Part shown: positions 63,121-64,000 of the stretch, one piece after another
Numbering within the stretch: position 1 is the stretch's first letter
How the letters are laid out: the number at the start of each line of letters is the position of its first letter
DNA from: Podarcis erhardii
Lineage: Eukaryota
Reading direction: 5' to 3' (one strand)
Assembly (NCBI GenBank): GCA_964252035.1
Contig: OZ176209.1
DNA: 64,000 nucleotides
The notes under the pieces: model-generated
The model's database searches: none
Seen by the model: the letters and a program-made list of their open reading frames with translations, nothing else
Told to the model about the DNA's origin: nothing
Position numbers and translations under genes: made by a program

Positions 63121-64000
63121 ATTCCCATTCTTCCTCTGGTATAGCTGCATCAAGTTTGGAAGCTTTTGCTTCTTTTTTTATTTAACCACAGTTTGTTGTA
63201 GTGTACAAACTAACGAACAGTGATTAATGTTAACTCTTTGTCTGAAACAAGCTAACATCCAACACAGTTCATTGGCTCATTTTCATGTTGGCACTCTCAC
63301 TGGCAAAGTTCCCAACTAGTGGGTTGTGCTGATGTTTCTAGAGGTGCTGGGCACATATCTGCTATTTATATGCCATTTTTAAATTTTCTGATTGTGTTTC
63401 ACCCACCTGCTTCCAGGGCTGACTATACACAGACTATGGTGGTAATTACACTAGCACAGTGGTGATCTCCCCAGCTCCCCTCCCCAAATGGAGTATAGGA
63501 TTGCTATGTAAAATACTCCCAAGTACATGGCATTTTCTTAGCCATGTCTTGCTACTATTTTACTTGTTTTTACCATAAATATTTTATTGTATACCTTCAA
63601 TTACATTATTTTCACTGATGAAATCAAATGGAAGGAAAAGGATTATCAAATTTAAGATACGGTCTTAGACAAATCCTAAATAAGTTGACTAAGAAAAATA
63701 CCATCTGCTCAGTAAAAAAACAAGCCCAAACACCCCCCGATATTTGGCACACCTTTTAATGACATAATATTTCATAATTAACCAAAGCATGTCCTTTATT
63801 ATACTATGCAGGAAACAGCTATAAAACTACAAAAATGGCCTTCAATACCATTTCTTGTAGGGCTGCAGCCCTATAAAATTAGATTTTGAGTACTAGAATA
63901 TTGACAAGTTAACGTTTCAAAATAAGATGACTACCAAAGGATTTTCTTGGCACAGGTTATCTCTGCTACTGCTACCACCAGCATCTAAACAGCAAAATAT

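Noticed and set aside
1-64000. CRISPR arrays, rRNA, operons or prokaryotic defence systems
   Set aside because: The window is eukaryotic intron-exon DNA; no regularly spaced repeat-spacer array or rRNA sequence was seen.

Overview
Vertebrate genomic DNA, very probably a squamate (lacertid-like) lizard, judged from a Sauria SINE and the typical L2/CR1/hAT/Tc1-mariner repeats. Two genes converge tail to tail. CSRP2 (+) has five coding exons at 6927-12352 giving a complete 193-aa two-LIM protein; its non-coding first exon was not found. ZDHHC17/HIP14 (-) has coding exons 2-17 at 53119-17835 (1806 nt, 601 aa plus stop, all phases consistent); exon 1 was not found and probably lies beyond 64000. 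ZDHHC17 intron 10 (26114-30314) is a minor-spliceosome AT-AC intron. The best unexpected object is an intronless, open-frame PPDPF retrocopy in ZDHHC17 intron 1 (ORF 59620-59961, -), with a poly(A) signal, an A-tail remnant and a 14-bp target-site duplication, inserted into an older L2. Other candidates are a 1.67-kb TA-flanked TIR element carrying CpG-island-like cargo (possible Pack-TIR gene-fragment capture), a GYNGYN tandem donor inside the DHHC domain, and a decayed BED zinc finger. Gene and repeat names come from recalled sequences, not database searches. I see no evidence for a wholly new biological system, and most short ORFs in the track are spurious or repeat-derived.
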